Shown here in pieces: positions 26,053 through 39,509 of a stretch of 64,000 nucleotides of DNA. Positions within the stretch are counted from its first letter, which is position 1; every line of letters begins with the position of its first letter. The position numbers and the translations under genes are program-made. Origin of the DNA: Lophium mytilinum (taxonomy: Eukaryota). The stretch covers positions 2,465,195-2,529,194 of the forward strand of contig MU004182.1 of assembly GCA_010093605.1 (NCBI GenBank), given 5' to 3'. The notes below the pieces were generated by a model. The model was not told the origin of the DNA. It did no database searches and saw only the letters and a list, made by a program, of their open reading frames with translations.

Positions 26053-26521
26053 TGTAGTGCGACTAAGATACTCATGAGAGACGAGATATTACTCATACCC
26101 TAGCTCTAAAGAGGCGTTGCGTCGAGCGGTCGAAAGCTATAGTTATGAACTGATTTCTACTGATGTGTCTCACTGATGGCTGGATTGGAACGACACGTTA
26201 TCGAGGACATACGCATGCATGCTGGCCTAAGGCGGGTGCTTTGCCTGCGAGGCATGTACAGAGTGGCACCATAAGAAGACGTCGGACAGACAGATCATGA
26301 GAGACTTAACAAGGGTGTTCTACGATCCTCCAAAGCGGCAAAGAAAACTCTGATAGCAGTTCTAGTCCCACGGGAGGACATGCATTAGGTGTCATTGCAC
26401 TCAAATATACCTCTGCTTCATAAAGCCTCCTTTGACAATTGCATTCACACATATATCGTGGATGCGTGAAGGAACTAGAGCACGGATGCTCCCGAGACGC
26501 GAGCTCTTGTGCAGCGCAGTA

Positions 26522-26710
26522 CTATGGTATCCGGCGTATCTTTTGTATGTGGAGACTGTGGCGTTTTCATCTCGGTAAGCGCACGGCTGCGCGGTAAGGT
26601 AAATGCTGAAGAGTCGATTGGTGAGAACCCTTGTATTGGTCTGTGTTTTAATCCCCTGCTGCTGACGTTGCCTTAGTCCCCACATACAAAAGATACGCCG
26701 GATACCATAG
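26522..26710. mobile_element. MITE-like non-autonomous DNA transposon, 189 bp, 36-bp TIRs, flanked by TA
   Basis: Left arm CTATGGTATCCGGCGTATCTTTTGTATGTGGAGACT (26522-26557) is the reverse complement of 26675-26710 at 35/36 positions. TA at 26520-21 and 26711-12. Confidence 0.75.
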
Positions 26711-27370
26711 TATTTATGAGCTTATATTCTACCGAAATGTGCCTGAGCATCCCAACTAGGTTCCCCAATCCCAACGGCCATGGTTGTGATCCTTCAAAAG
26801 AAAAATTTCCTGGTTACCCCACGCCGTCTGTACGTAAAGCGACCAGATTTGCAATTCGCCAAGACGGCACTCTTGAGCAGCGCGGATAAGGCTGCGCGCA
26901 ATAGCGGCACGGCGGACTGTGACGGCTGCCACAGGCGAACCTACCAGCGATCTTCACGACCCTCCCTGACCCTCCTCTGCACCGCGTCTCTGGGATCGCC
27001 CTGCCCCTTCGGACTGCTTGCTGACTTCCCCGTTGCATGCGGTGCTGACCAGGGCTCCGCTCCAGCTCTTCATGGCGTTCCATGGCGCCCGCTATGACGC
27101 GCTGTACAGAGTCCGCAAACGGGTGTGATCGCGGGTTGCACGACACACTCCCCATCAATTGTCCCGTATCTGCAAGACGCAACCAACTGGTGCTATCGCG
27201 TCACCTATCTCTAAGCTTAACTAGGCAACTCCAACTCCATTGTTCTCCGTACAAAAGCCTTGTTGCTCGCGTACTTCTACAAGCCTTAATGCAACGTCCA
27301 ACTACTAGCCATCTTCACATACCAGCACGCTCATCAAACTCGGACCACGTCTCGCCAGACACCAGCCAGC

Positions 27371-28984
27371 ATGGCGGATCTTAAGAACGACGATGGAGCC
27401 AAGCCGGGAGAGTACACCCATTCGAACGTGGAGCTTGAAGCCGCGCCGACTGCAGTGCTCGAGGAGGGCAGCCTGGACCCCGTCTATGAAGCAAAAGCTC
27501 GCGTCTTGAACAAGGCGATTCAGGACATAGGAATGGGCCGCTACCAATGGCAACTCTTCATAGTCATTGGATTTGGCTGGGCGCAGGACAACCTCTGGCC
27601 CATTGTAAGTAGATAAGATGGATATCACAGATCTCCAAGTTCCTTTTCTCACCTTCTACAGGTCACTTCGCTTATCTTTACTCCCGTCAAAAACGAGTTC
27701 CACCCGACCCGGGCTCCGTTCTTGACCCTTTCCCAGAACATTGGACTTCTGGTCGGCGCCGTCTTCTGGGGATTCGGATGCGACATCTTCGGCCGTCGAT
27801 GGGCTTTCAACCTTACCATTGGTATCACCGCCGTCTTTGGCATGATCGCCGCCGGGTCCCCCAATTTCGCGGCGATCGGAGTCTTTGCAGCACTTTGGTC
27901 CGTTGGCGTGGGAGGAAATCTGCCCGTTGATTCTGCCATATTTCTTGAATTTCTTCCTGGGAGCCACCAATTTCTCCTGACTATCCTCTCTATCGATTGG
28001 GCCTTTGCGCAGGTAGTCGCTACATTAATAGCCTGGCCGCTCTTGGGAAATCTGACCTGCCAAGAAACTCAGACTACTTGCACCAAGTCTGAGAATATGG
28101 GCTGGAGGTATTTCATGATCTGTATGGGCGGTATTGCTCTCATCATGTTCCTCGTCCGTTTTGTCGCCTTCACCGTCTTCGAATCCCCAAAGTTCCTTAT
28201 GGGCAAAGGAAAGGATGCAGAAGCCGTACGGGTCGTGCATGAGGTCGCTCGAAGGAACGGCAAAACATCGTCACTTACTTTGGAAGATTTGGAAGTCTTC
28301 AACCCGGAAGGAGGACCTCAAGGTACCGAGGCCGCCGCCGCCATCAAACGGAATCTTGAGAAGCTCAATTTCACCCACGTCAAGGCTCTATTTGCGACCA
28401 AGAAGCTAGCTGTGTCCACATCGCTTATCACGACTGTATGGGCGTTCATTGGCCTCGGTTTCCCCCTCTACAATGCATTTCTGCCCTACATCCAAGCCAC
28501 TCGCGGTGCCGAGCTCGGTGACGGCTCAACCTATATCACGTACAGGAACTCGCTCATCATCGCCGTGCTTGGTGTTCCCGGCTGCATCCTCGGTGGTTGG
28601 CTAGTTGAACTGCCAAATTTTGGAAGGAAAGGTGCTTTGTCGCTTTCCACAGTCTTGACCGGCGTCTTCCTGTTTGCCTCAACGACAGCTCTGAGCTCGA
28701 ATGCTCTGCTCGGATGGAACTGCGCCTACAGCTTTGTCAGCAACATCATGTACGCGGTTCTCTACGCATACACCCCGGAGATCTTCCCCACCAAAGACCG
28801 CGGAACTGGCAACGCCATCACGGCATCTGCGAATCGGATTTTCGGCATCATGGCGCCCATTATTGCAATGTTTGCAAATCTGGAGACGTCTGCGCCTGTC
28901 TATGTTAGCGGGGCTCTTTTCATTGCCGCGGGCTTGCTCGTTCTGGCGATGCCGTTCGAGTCAAGAGGAAAGGCGAGCTTGTGA
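27371..28984 (+). CDS. MFS transporter (SV2/sugar-transporter-like)
   Basis: IGMGRYQWQLF, CDIFGRRWAFN (motif A), GVGGNLPVDSAIFLEFLP, ESPKFL, YTPEIFPTKDRGTG. Intron at 27604-27661. Confidence 0.9.
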
Positions 28985-30502
28985 GGAATTTGGGCGAAGG
29001 ACTTATACCCCTGGATGATGGCGTACACATGGCTACGATTGATTCTTCTTGGCTTGAGGGAAGGCACTATAACCCTCGTCGTTTTCTTGCGGGGAACGGA
29101 ATAACGGCTTCAGCACACTGAAATAGAACTTGACATCTGTTATGAGCTGTGTTCTCGTCATTGAGAATAGGACAGGCTTTCAAAGATCAACGCATTCCTG
29201 GTGATGTATGAACCCTGGACTTCTCACGTTCAGGAGTACATCTAACCATCTAAAACCTAGAAGTCTCACTAACAGCCTTCCCACTACCGCTTCCGCAGCC
29301 CAAGCTCTCTCAAATGCTTCCACCACTCGTAATACCCACGTGACTCCTGCCCCATCCTCTCCCCTGCCCCATCGAGATCACGTACCCGGGACCCGGAACT
29401 CCTAGTCGTAAGCCCACCATGCTCCCTCTAGACCCTCCAATCCCACCTCGGCACCTCGCTCGTCCCCATAACTATCATAGGTCGAAGCTAGTGTCGAATA
29501 TGCAGGCACGTAGAGGGCTTCCAGGTATGGAGGGTGCAACACCACCTATCCTGTTACGTATGATTCACTGACGAATACCGTCCTTTTGAGGTGGAAGAAG
29601 GGAAGTAGTCAGGAGGACTTACAATGCGTTGTGCCGACTACGATAGAGGAGTTACCGAGAGGGCTCTGAGGAGTGAGCGCTCTTCGGTCTCGAGCACGAG
29701 GAGCAGTATCTTCAGGGGAGGGTGTATTCGCCAGGAGATAGTGCACACGCCAGCATTCTTAGAGGTGCGGAGGCTTGTAAGGCTCTGGCGGATGTGGACG
29801 TTTTGAGTAATTTGCTTAGATGTCTAAAGAGGGTGGATATGGGGAACAGACATCGTGACCTTGAATGCACCTCATAGATAGCGCAGTTAGGAAGTGATGA
29901 GGAGGAGTAAAGTAAGCACATGTACATGAAGGGTATGCGTAGTCTTGATGGATAATGTGATGAATGACTTGGAACTGTTAAGAGCCGATGCGGATGCGAA
30001 ATTCTAGTGAAATGAGCGCGAAGATTTAGAGGGTGAATTACGGCAAGCCCTCGGGGTTATGTGAAGAAAAGCCTCCAGTTCTCAAGAATAGCGTCTTTCT
30101 GATATCTAGTCTCAATTAGTACGTACTGACAAACATCATCACAAAACCGTTCAATGGTACCGGAATGTTGTAATCGTCTATTTGCAGGACAGCCAAGATT
30201 CCCCAATAACGGATAATATCATCCACCACGGCCGTAAGAGCATAATCCTCCACTCCCCCAAGAGGATTTTTACACTTGGTTCCGATCATAGCTCAAACTC
30301 CGTCATGCCGCATGACCGCAAGCTCTGAGACCATGCCGCCTCAATCCGAATAATTCCATGCCCTTCGTAGACCTGCAGACAGGCCGTGACCCAAAGCCAA
30401 AGCCCAGTTCAACGCCAGATTTTAACCAAATCATCTCTCTAATGCTAGCAGAGAAATCAAGAAGCTATCAGTAAGCTAGGGGGCAGCCAAGGCGAGCAGA
30501 GC

Positions 30503-31870
<1,368 letters not shown>

Positions 31871-32798
31871 TTGGAGAGGCAGAATACAGGATTCTGGGGT
31901 GTGTGGAGGGAGAGGTGGTGTTGGTGTTGAAGCACGCTGGAGGAATCCTGAAGTAGAAAAAAACCCACGTCTCGGAAAAGCGCCCGCTAGCCAATCGGCG
32001 GGGGTCCCTGGGGTCTAGGTTACGAATTGAAAGCGGTGACGGATGAAGGGTCCAGCGGACAAAATTACTGATAAAATGGCCAAGACGATCTACGGCAAGC
32101 AGCGGGAGAAGACTATTTCTTTATCTATATATTCAGCGTCTGGTGCACCTTCAACAGTTGCCAAGTGTCCCGCCTCGATAAGTGCCCCTCTGTTGCTGGA
32201 AGTCAGCCCCACCAACGATAACACAACTTTGCGAATTATATTCCTGAGATTTTCATAATTTATATGACGGCATAGAGTGGCGAAGCTGCGTCCTGGCTAT
32301 GTATTGAGAGGACTCTTTCTACCTAGGAAAGGAAATACACGCTAGAATGATGAATTTTCTCAACCAAAGTATTCAATCACATCCATAAGAGAAACCCGAT
32401 AGCTAGACATTCAAGCTGCATAATGCCACATGCTGGAAATAAATACTGCTGCCAATATAGTTGGACGGGCCTCGTTGTCCGGAGGCCTTCCGGTCAAGAG
32501 GTAGCTTGGATTCCACTTCATCAAACTTAACATTACACCTGGCTTTTGGGAGAGCCTTGGATGCAGCCTGGCAGTGCGAACGAGTGTGTATGGACTTATG
32601 GTCAGTCACTATGAGAGTAAATAAGAGAGCGATGCGGCCAAGAAAGACCAAGGTACAAGCAGGAGTAGAGTGCTTTTATCAAACAGAAGAGGGTATCTTC
32701 GCAGAAAAAGGGTACCCTCCATGATCCAGATCGTGTTCACGTTAATGTTAGATTCTGCCGTAAGCGTCGTACACCGTCATTATCATCATCGTAAGTCG

Positions 32799-34881
32799 TC
32801 ATCGCGTCTTGATCGAAGGGAACATGGCAACAAAATCCCGAGCGTCTGTCCAGTCAGTAAGGCTTAGTTTTGCAGATAGGGGTGCGAGCGAACATACCTT
32901 CAGAGTTGGTAAAGGTCAACTCAAACCTCCCCGAAGCTCCTCTTGGGGGGGTGTAACCGTCGCAAAACACATACGGATGAAGCTCTCGCATTTGCACAGT
33001 ACTCGAGCCCACACGTCGCATCCAGGACTTCGAACCAATATATTGAGTGACGAACGCGGTCCAGATCGGAATTGTCTTCATCGCTCCACGTCGAGCAGTC
33101 GTCTCGAACCTGACGCAGCCAGAATCTCGGTCTCGGAGGACGCGGAACGCGTGAAGGTAGTTGTCGTCCTGGATTTCGCTATATACTGTCAGTATCTGGT
33201 CAACTCCCGTGGCGTGAATGACTTACCCGCTGAACTCTATCTTCTCGCCAGGCTGGAAGAAATCTTCAAGTCCCTGCGGTGTCTGAACGAGATCTTGGCG
33301 TTTCATTGCGATGGCTGTACAGTAGAATAACACCATTCCTAGGAATAAGTTAGATTTGCATAGATAGTACCTCCAATGTTACTCACTCTCGTAAAGGGTA
33401 AATCTGAGATTGGCCCAGAGGTCGAGTTTGCCATCAGCGCGGTTCACGCGACAAAGTTGTAAACAAGACTCGGTACGCAAAAGCTTCAAAGCGGTCAAAG
33501 GAATGCAGTACATGAGTTTCTTGTGCGCTTGATCCAATGTCAGAAACAGAATCCTAGCACGTTGATCCGATGCTCTCCAGTACAATCTGACCCAGACATC
33601 TGTCGCCTCGAACGGACTGTTTTCCATTAGCAACACGAACGGAAAAGGCCAATGCAAACTTACAGTTCAAGGACTTTGATAAAGCCGTCCTCCTGGAGTC
33701 TGGGAATCGCACCAGATTCATCTCTCCCAAGGCATTTGGTCCTGGCCGCGTTAGCTCCATTCTGTCGCATTGAATGTGTTAGCTTACGACTGCCCAAGGA
33801 TTCGGAATGGTGTGGACGAGTGTTGACCATCAAATATCTTGCTGGCCCAGTGTGCCGAGCCACTGCTCGAATCAGTAGAGTACGTCATTGAAGAGGCGTT
33901 CGAGTACGTTGGAGACTGCGGCAACTCCGGTACAGGCGGAGGTATATATGGCATCCTCTCGCCATATATTGGAGAATGGGGCATCCGCTCGCCGTAAATT
34001 GGGGAGTGGGGCATCCGTTCGCCGTATATTGGGGACTGGGGATGTGGCGGAGGAGGAGCGTGTGCTGGATATGTTGAGAATCTACCCATCTGAGGTCTAG
34101 TAGTTGACGGTGTGTGAGGCCTGGAAGTTGACGGCGTTCGAGGCCTGGAAGTTGACGGCATTCGAGGCATATGGACGCGAGGGTCTATAACTATCAGTTC
34201 TCGGAATGAATAGAATCCACAAGTACTTCTTAGTCTCCACAATTGTGAGGTTGAGGCAGATAGACGTAGATTGGTACTTACTACGAGGATTGACGGAAAG
34301 CCTGTCAAAGTACGAGTCTACTGGCTCTTGCCTCACCACAAGGCGACTCAACCGAGCGTGAATATGCTCAATATCTGGATCTATCGGGTCCCTTTTGCTG
34401 GTCAGCACTCCTATAGTCCATTGAATGGGCGGGGTCGAGCTAACCCTCTCAATATATCAAATAGACCCTGTAGGAAGACGCGGTACATTTCAAGGCGTGC
34501 AGGGAGGGCTATGCCTTGCTCCTTGAGATCTACATTGAGGTCTTCCCAAATCATGGCATACTGGGGAGTACCAGGAAAGGCTCCAGGATGCTGGCGGGTG
34601 TCGCGCTTTGACTTCCCGAACATGTTACGAATCTCATCGAGCGTGAATCCGAGACTTGGAATGGCCAGATCGAGCTCGGCAACGATGCTGCCCACATACT
34701 TCCCATAACGAGATAGATCCAGGCTTTCGTCTAGGTGACGGAGGGCTGCGCTTATGGCAAAGAGCTCGGCAATGTCTCCGGTGATGTCCTTGCCATATTG
34801 TGGAATCTCGTCTAGGAAGACTTGAAGGCCGGCCGCAACGTCCTCGGCGTCTTTGGCGTACTCGAGCAGCCTCCAGTCCAT
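32799..34881 (-). CDS. Conserved-looking fungal hypothetical protein with Pro/Ser-rich tandem repeats and a C-terminal beta-rich (PH-like) region, multi-exon
   Basis: Five consecutive same-strand reading segments joined by GT-AG introns with branch points (MDWRLLEYAKDAEDVAAGL..., HWASKIFDG, VRLYWRASDQRARIL, LWANLRF, IPIWTAFVT). No function recognised. Confidence 0.7.
33950..34170 (-). repeat. Coding tandem repeats: 3 x 30 bp (SPIYGERMPH) and ~3 x 24 bp (PSTSRPxT)
   Basis: GGCATCCxxTCGCCxTAxATTGG recurs every 30 bp at 33950-34040. GGCCTGGAAGTTGACGG recurs every 24 bp at 34097-34170. Confidence 0.85.
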
Positions 34882-36074
34882 CGTCGGTCGCGTGACTTTG
34901 AGCGTTCAGTAGGCGGGGTGAAGGAAGTGCACACACATTGTCTGGCAGAGAAAAAGACGAGGAGCGAGACGCGCGTGTATCCAGAGGGCTTGCTTGATTA
35001 CAGTCATTCAGGCTGGCGGAAGGCCTTGCGGCTTCTGGTCGATGGAGGATTGACGTGTTCCACCAGGCGGCGACAGGGAAGGCCAATGGCAGTAGGGCCG
35101 TCGTGCTTGGTGCATATGCAACCCTCACAAAACCTCCCTAGCCCGGCGGGCCCGTAGCCATTACAATTTTTCTTCTCCAAAGTCTCTTCGTGCGTCCATT
35201 TTGGCCCCCAACTTGCATGCTGGCGACTCGCGTGTCTATCGAGAAGGCACAGGCCCGGATGAAGGTTCATGTATCAATGCCTTTAAAATGCATTAAGGAT
35301 AGTATAAAACATGCCTAACACCTCAAATCACAAGTAGACTAAGAGAAAGATATGCCATGATAAGAGAGAGTGCTGATTTGGGATGATGCTTCAAAGTAGA
35401 AATTGGGATCAAGACTGATTGGATGAGACGAACGGAGAATAGACGAAGAGATTCCAGGATTGCACTTTAGAGCCTGCCTCTAGCTTTCCTTAGCGAGCAG
35501 AATGGCACACCGCTTGATGAGTGACTAATTAGTCCACATTTAGAGACTCTGAGATATTAACAGCGATGCGTGGGGAGAAGCATCAGCGGCGCAGATGATT
35601 GGCTGCAGCTGCAGTGGCAGAAGACAACTTGACATCCTCCAGGCATCAATATTGATACATAGTGGTTTACCGAGGAGCGAAAGAGCTAGAGTATGATGAT
35701 TCTTAGGTTCAACAGATATGGAGCTTCCTCATGAGGAGCAAGAAGCGTAGATATATATGTAGGTATTGCTACTCGGTACAATGACGGTGCTCCGCCTCAC
35801 TTTGGGCTGAACTTAAGGCTGCGCCACGTCTATCCAGTCAACAGATTTAGGTGACTAGAACCCTTGATCCAGTCGCCTCATATGAAGAGACACTTTTCAT
35901 TGGTAGACGACACCTCAAGAAGCACGAGGCCATTCACTGGACCCCTGTATTATGCCCAATTAGGCGTAGTCCCTCTGTTTAGTTAGTACATAGGTAGTCT
36001 GGAGCACCTCCACAGCGGTAGATATGTGTATGCAGAGTACTGCATTGATCTAACCTCCAGACCTTTGCCATTGC

Positions 36075-37555
36075 TTAATCCCAGAACTTGATTGCCCCGT
36101 TCAGATCACCCGTAACAACCTTCGACGTCTCCCGTGGATGCCATTGCACTGCCAGAAGCGGCGCATCGCTCGCCTGGATCTTATGCCACATCTTACACGT
36201 CTTCCAGTCCCAGAAGCAGACATATCCTCCGCTGTCACCGCTAGCGACGAACTGGCCATCCGGACTTATTGCAACATCGGGCGCATAGCCAGAAACATTG
36301 TGACCTCGGAAGCTCTTCTTGCGGTTCTGCCTGAAACGGTCTGAGGCGGCGTAGACCACGATCTGGTTGTCGGAGCTTTGGAATGCAGCCCATTTGCCTG
36401 ACGGATGCGTGGCACTCCGCACCATACTGTACATGTACGGCTCGGCGATAAACTTAATGGGGACTGGGATACCATATTCCCAAGCGCGCAGGGACTTGTC
36501 GTCAGATGTTGTGATGAATCGGCGATCCTGCTTAAGTTAGCAAAGACTACAATAGAGGATTCTGAGAGAGCGTACCTCGTCGCAGAATGTAATAGTATTG
36601 ACAGGTCCCAAGTGATGATCGTATTCTTGAACCAGATCTCCACTTCGAACGTCATACTGAAGAATCTTCTTATCGCTCATACCAGCTAGGAACTCATGGG
36701 GCATACTGGGGTTGAATCGCACAACGTGTGGTGTCTTCCCGGACGTAAATTTGTTCAGACATTTGCCCGTCTCGGTATCCCAGAGCTTCATGTACCGGTC
36801 ATAACTAGCCGACAAGAACTGTGTTCCAGAAGGGTTGAAGTCAATGTCGTTGACAGATTTCGTATGCCCGGAGAATGTCCTCAGCAGCTCGCGATCGTGG
36901 TATACGTCCCATAGGCCGATCTTGTTATCCGCAGAGGCAGACAATAGGAGATGCCCGCTGTCTGGAAAGAACCGCAGCTGTGTGATAGACTTCGTGTGGT
37001 ACTTGAAGCTGTGTAGCAGTTTCTTCGGTATGAAGTTCTTGATGCCTTCTCGGTCGCCTCGCAGGTTGATATCTAGGTCTGTAACAAGTCAGAATCAGCA
37101 TAGCTGTCGCCAGCGCATTCGAGTGATAGCAACATACCAGTGGGAACATGCATATATGTCCGTCCTTGATAATCGTGCTGCTGGCTCCCCACAAACTCGC
37201 TCGTCTCCTTCTCACCCATAGAATCGCCGTACTCGGTGCCCAATTTCGATGCTGGCGCCACGGGCTGCTCTTCTATCTCGTCTTCCTCATAAACGACCTC
37301 CACCTCTTCATCTTCTCCATATTCGTCGTCCGAGGCGGCGTCTGGTTTCTCTTGCTCGAACTTTGCCCAGGGACCTTTGTATGCGGACGCGCCAAATACC
37401 GAACCAGGGTCGCCTTTTCCTTCACGCTTTCGCTTCTTAGGGTTTCCGGAGGGGTTGGCTTCGATGGATCGGTGGGCAGCGCGGAAGGTGGCTTCGCTCA
37501 GGAATGTTTCCTCGGCATAGCCCGTAGGCACTCGCCCTTTCGTTGATGTATTCAT
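36075..37555 (-). CDS. PRP17: Pre-mRNA splicing factor Prp17/Cdc40 (WD40)
   Basis: TGYAEETFLSE, YKGPWAKF, DYQGRTYMHVP, LLRTFSGHTKSV, QEYDHHLGPVNTITF, RQNRKKSFRGH, WHPRETSKV. Two introns. The start codon is uncertain. Confidence 0.92.
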
Positions 37556-37608
37556 GATGAAAGATTGGAAGGATGTCTGCGAGGCGGAGGAGGTCTGCTG
37601 CGCGGGCA

Positions 37609-37630
37609 GTTGTTGTTGTTGTTGTTGTTG
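37609..37630. repeat. (GTT)7/(CAA)7 microsatellite upstream of PRP17
   Basis: Direct reading of gttgttgttgttgttgttgttg. Confidence 0.9.
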
Positions 37631-38292
37631 CTCGGTCCTGTGCCTGCTGACACCAAAGCAATGCGGCTGCCGGCAGCCTAGTCACTGGCAAGCTTGAAAT
37701 ATGTGAGGTGTGTAGTGGGGTAATGTTGTGAGGTGCTGGGCCAAAAAAATGACATAGCTCGGTGAAACTATATGCATCGGGCATACTTTATTCCGGGTGG
37801 TGAGATTCTGGAGTTTGTCTGGTCAAGTTGGACGGTACAAAGATAAGCTTTTTGCTCATGTGGGGTCCATGATACATAGAGCGCTAAGCAGAACCCTTCG
37901 TTCAAGATCAAGGTCAAGGTAGAAGGTTGAGGGTGAAAAGTCACAAGACCTGATATAAATTTGTCGTTATATTGGAAACCAAACGCTGCATTAACGACAT
38001 GGCTTGATGCAAATCTACAGCGAGAAGCACGGTATCACGGAATAATAAAACCTCGACTCCACCACCCCGTTCCAAGACTTGTCGTCTCTTGTCAGACATC
38101 TCACAACGCCGATAAAGGCCGTACATCCCAGACCATCCGAGAACCATTAACGACCCACGGAGGCATTCTCTGTACACGTGTTCCGGTTCCTTGCCATTTC
38201 GGCCCCTATAAAAGATAGCTACTCCAACTTGCGGTATCTCAATAGGGTCCCTTTCGTCCATGGTGCATATTCTTGGCAGTTTCGTTCCGCAG

Positions 38293-39053
38293 TCACTGGG
38301 ATTCGTCGCGGATGAGGGCAACGATCATGCTGTAGAGATAGAAGAAGAACATGACCAAGTGGAAACCCAGCTTGATGAAAGATTCCTAGATTACGATTAG
38401 CAGCGTCCTTGGCTAATGATATACACGCCTGACGAGAGATCCGTGTTGAAATCCAAGCTACTGAAAAGAAACGATGGAAACAGGCGTTGGGTAGAGGAAA
38501 TATGGGAAACACAATACTGCAAACAAGCGTCAAGAATATCGGTGGTAGCCCTTACCTTCTTATGCACATTCAATTTCCTGAAAATCTCTGTCGCGTCTAG
38601 CAAGTGCTGGTTCTCGAATATCCTAATCCAGATCAGTTTCTATTCCAAGAAGTGAAGACCATTTCCCTATCCCGTATATACGTACTTCTTCGCGTTCCAG
38701 GCCAGAAGAGGAAGATTGAGCAAGATAGCAAGCCAGTAGCCGTTGATGAGGAACAGAAACGTGAGGAAAGCGTGGACGGCAGCTTCGGGGACGATGTAGG
38801 TGTTCAGGCGGTTGCAAAGGTCGATAGGGTTGATGTAATCACTGTCCAGAGATGAGCGGGGCACGACAGGAGCATAGCAAAGGCCAGGCGCAAGCCGAAA
38901 TGCCGAATTTCGGCGACACTTGCGCGCTGTGGTTGAAGGAGTAGAACCTTACCATTCCAAGTCGCTGTACATTATGGTGAAGAACACCTGGAGGAACAGG
39001 TTGACGGCATTTATCAGGACGGCCAATAGGTATAGCCACGCTTCTCCGGACAT
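38293..39053 (-). CDS. ERV14: Cornichon-family ER cargo receptor Erv14
   Basis: [83 protein letters not shown]. Three introns. Confidence 0.95.
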
Positions 39054-39509
39054 TGCGAAGGTGTCGTGTGCTGTTAGAGCACGGTTTCGAACAGAGCAAG
39101 TTTCTTAGGAGGTTTGAAGCTGGCGGAGAAATGGGTGTCTGCGCTCGTGAGGCCTGGGACGGGGAATTCGTGCACGATGGAGGTCGTGCGGGCGGCGAGC
39201 GCTATCAGGCTAGACGCGGGAGTGATGTTGGTCCGGGCTGTCGAAACACGGTGTACTGTGGCAGGCTGAGAGGGAAGCGATTCGATGCGCACAAAAGGAT
39301 AAAGGGCGGATTACTACAGCATGGGCTCGTGGAGAAAGCTGTCTTGGTGTCGCGAGAGGGCAGGCTGCAGATTGTTTCGAGATGACGTTCGTTGGGAAGT
39401 GGTCTTGCACAGACCCGTTTTCTCGCTAGTTGGACGAGTTTCCGCCCCGCCAGCAGCCAGCTCATAGTTATTGCTGCCACTGGTCAGGGCCCTGTTCCAT
39501 ACCTCTTGA

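Noticed and set aside
35693..35810. ATGATGA ... CTGA pair suggestive of a box C/D snoRNA, with several nearby 12-bp palindromes
   Set aside because: No terminal stem and no rRNA-complementary guide that I can recognise. Such short motifs are expected by chance.
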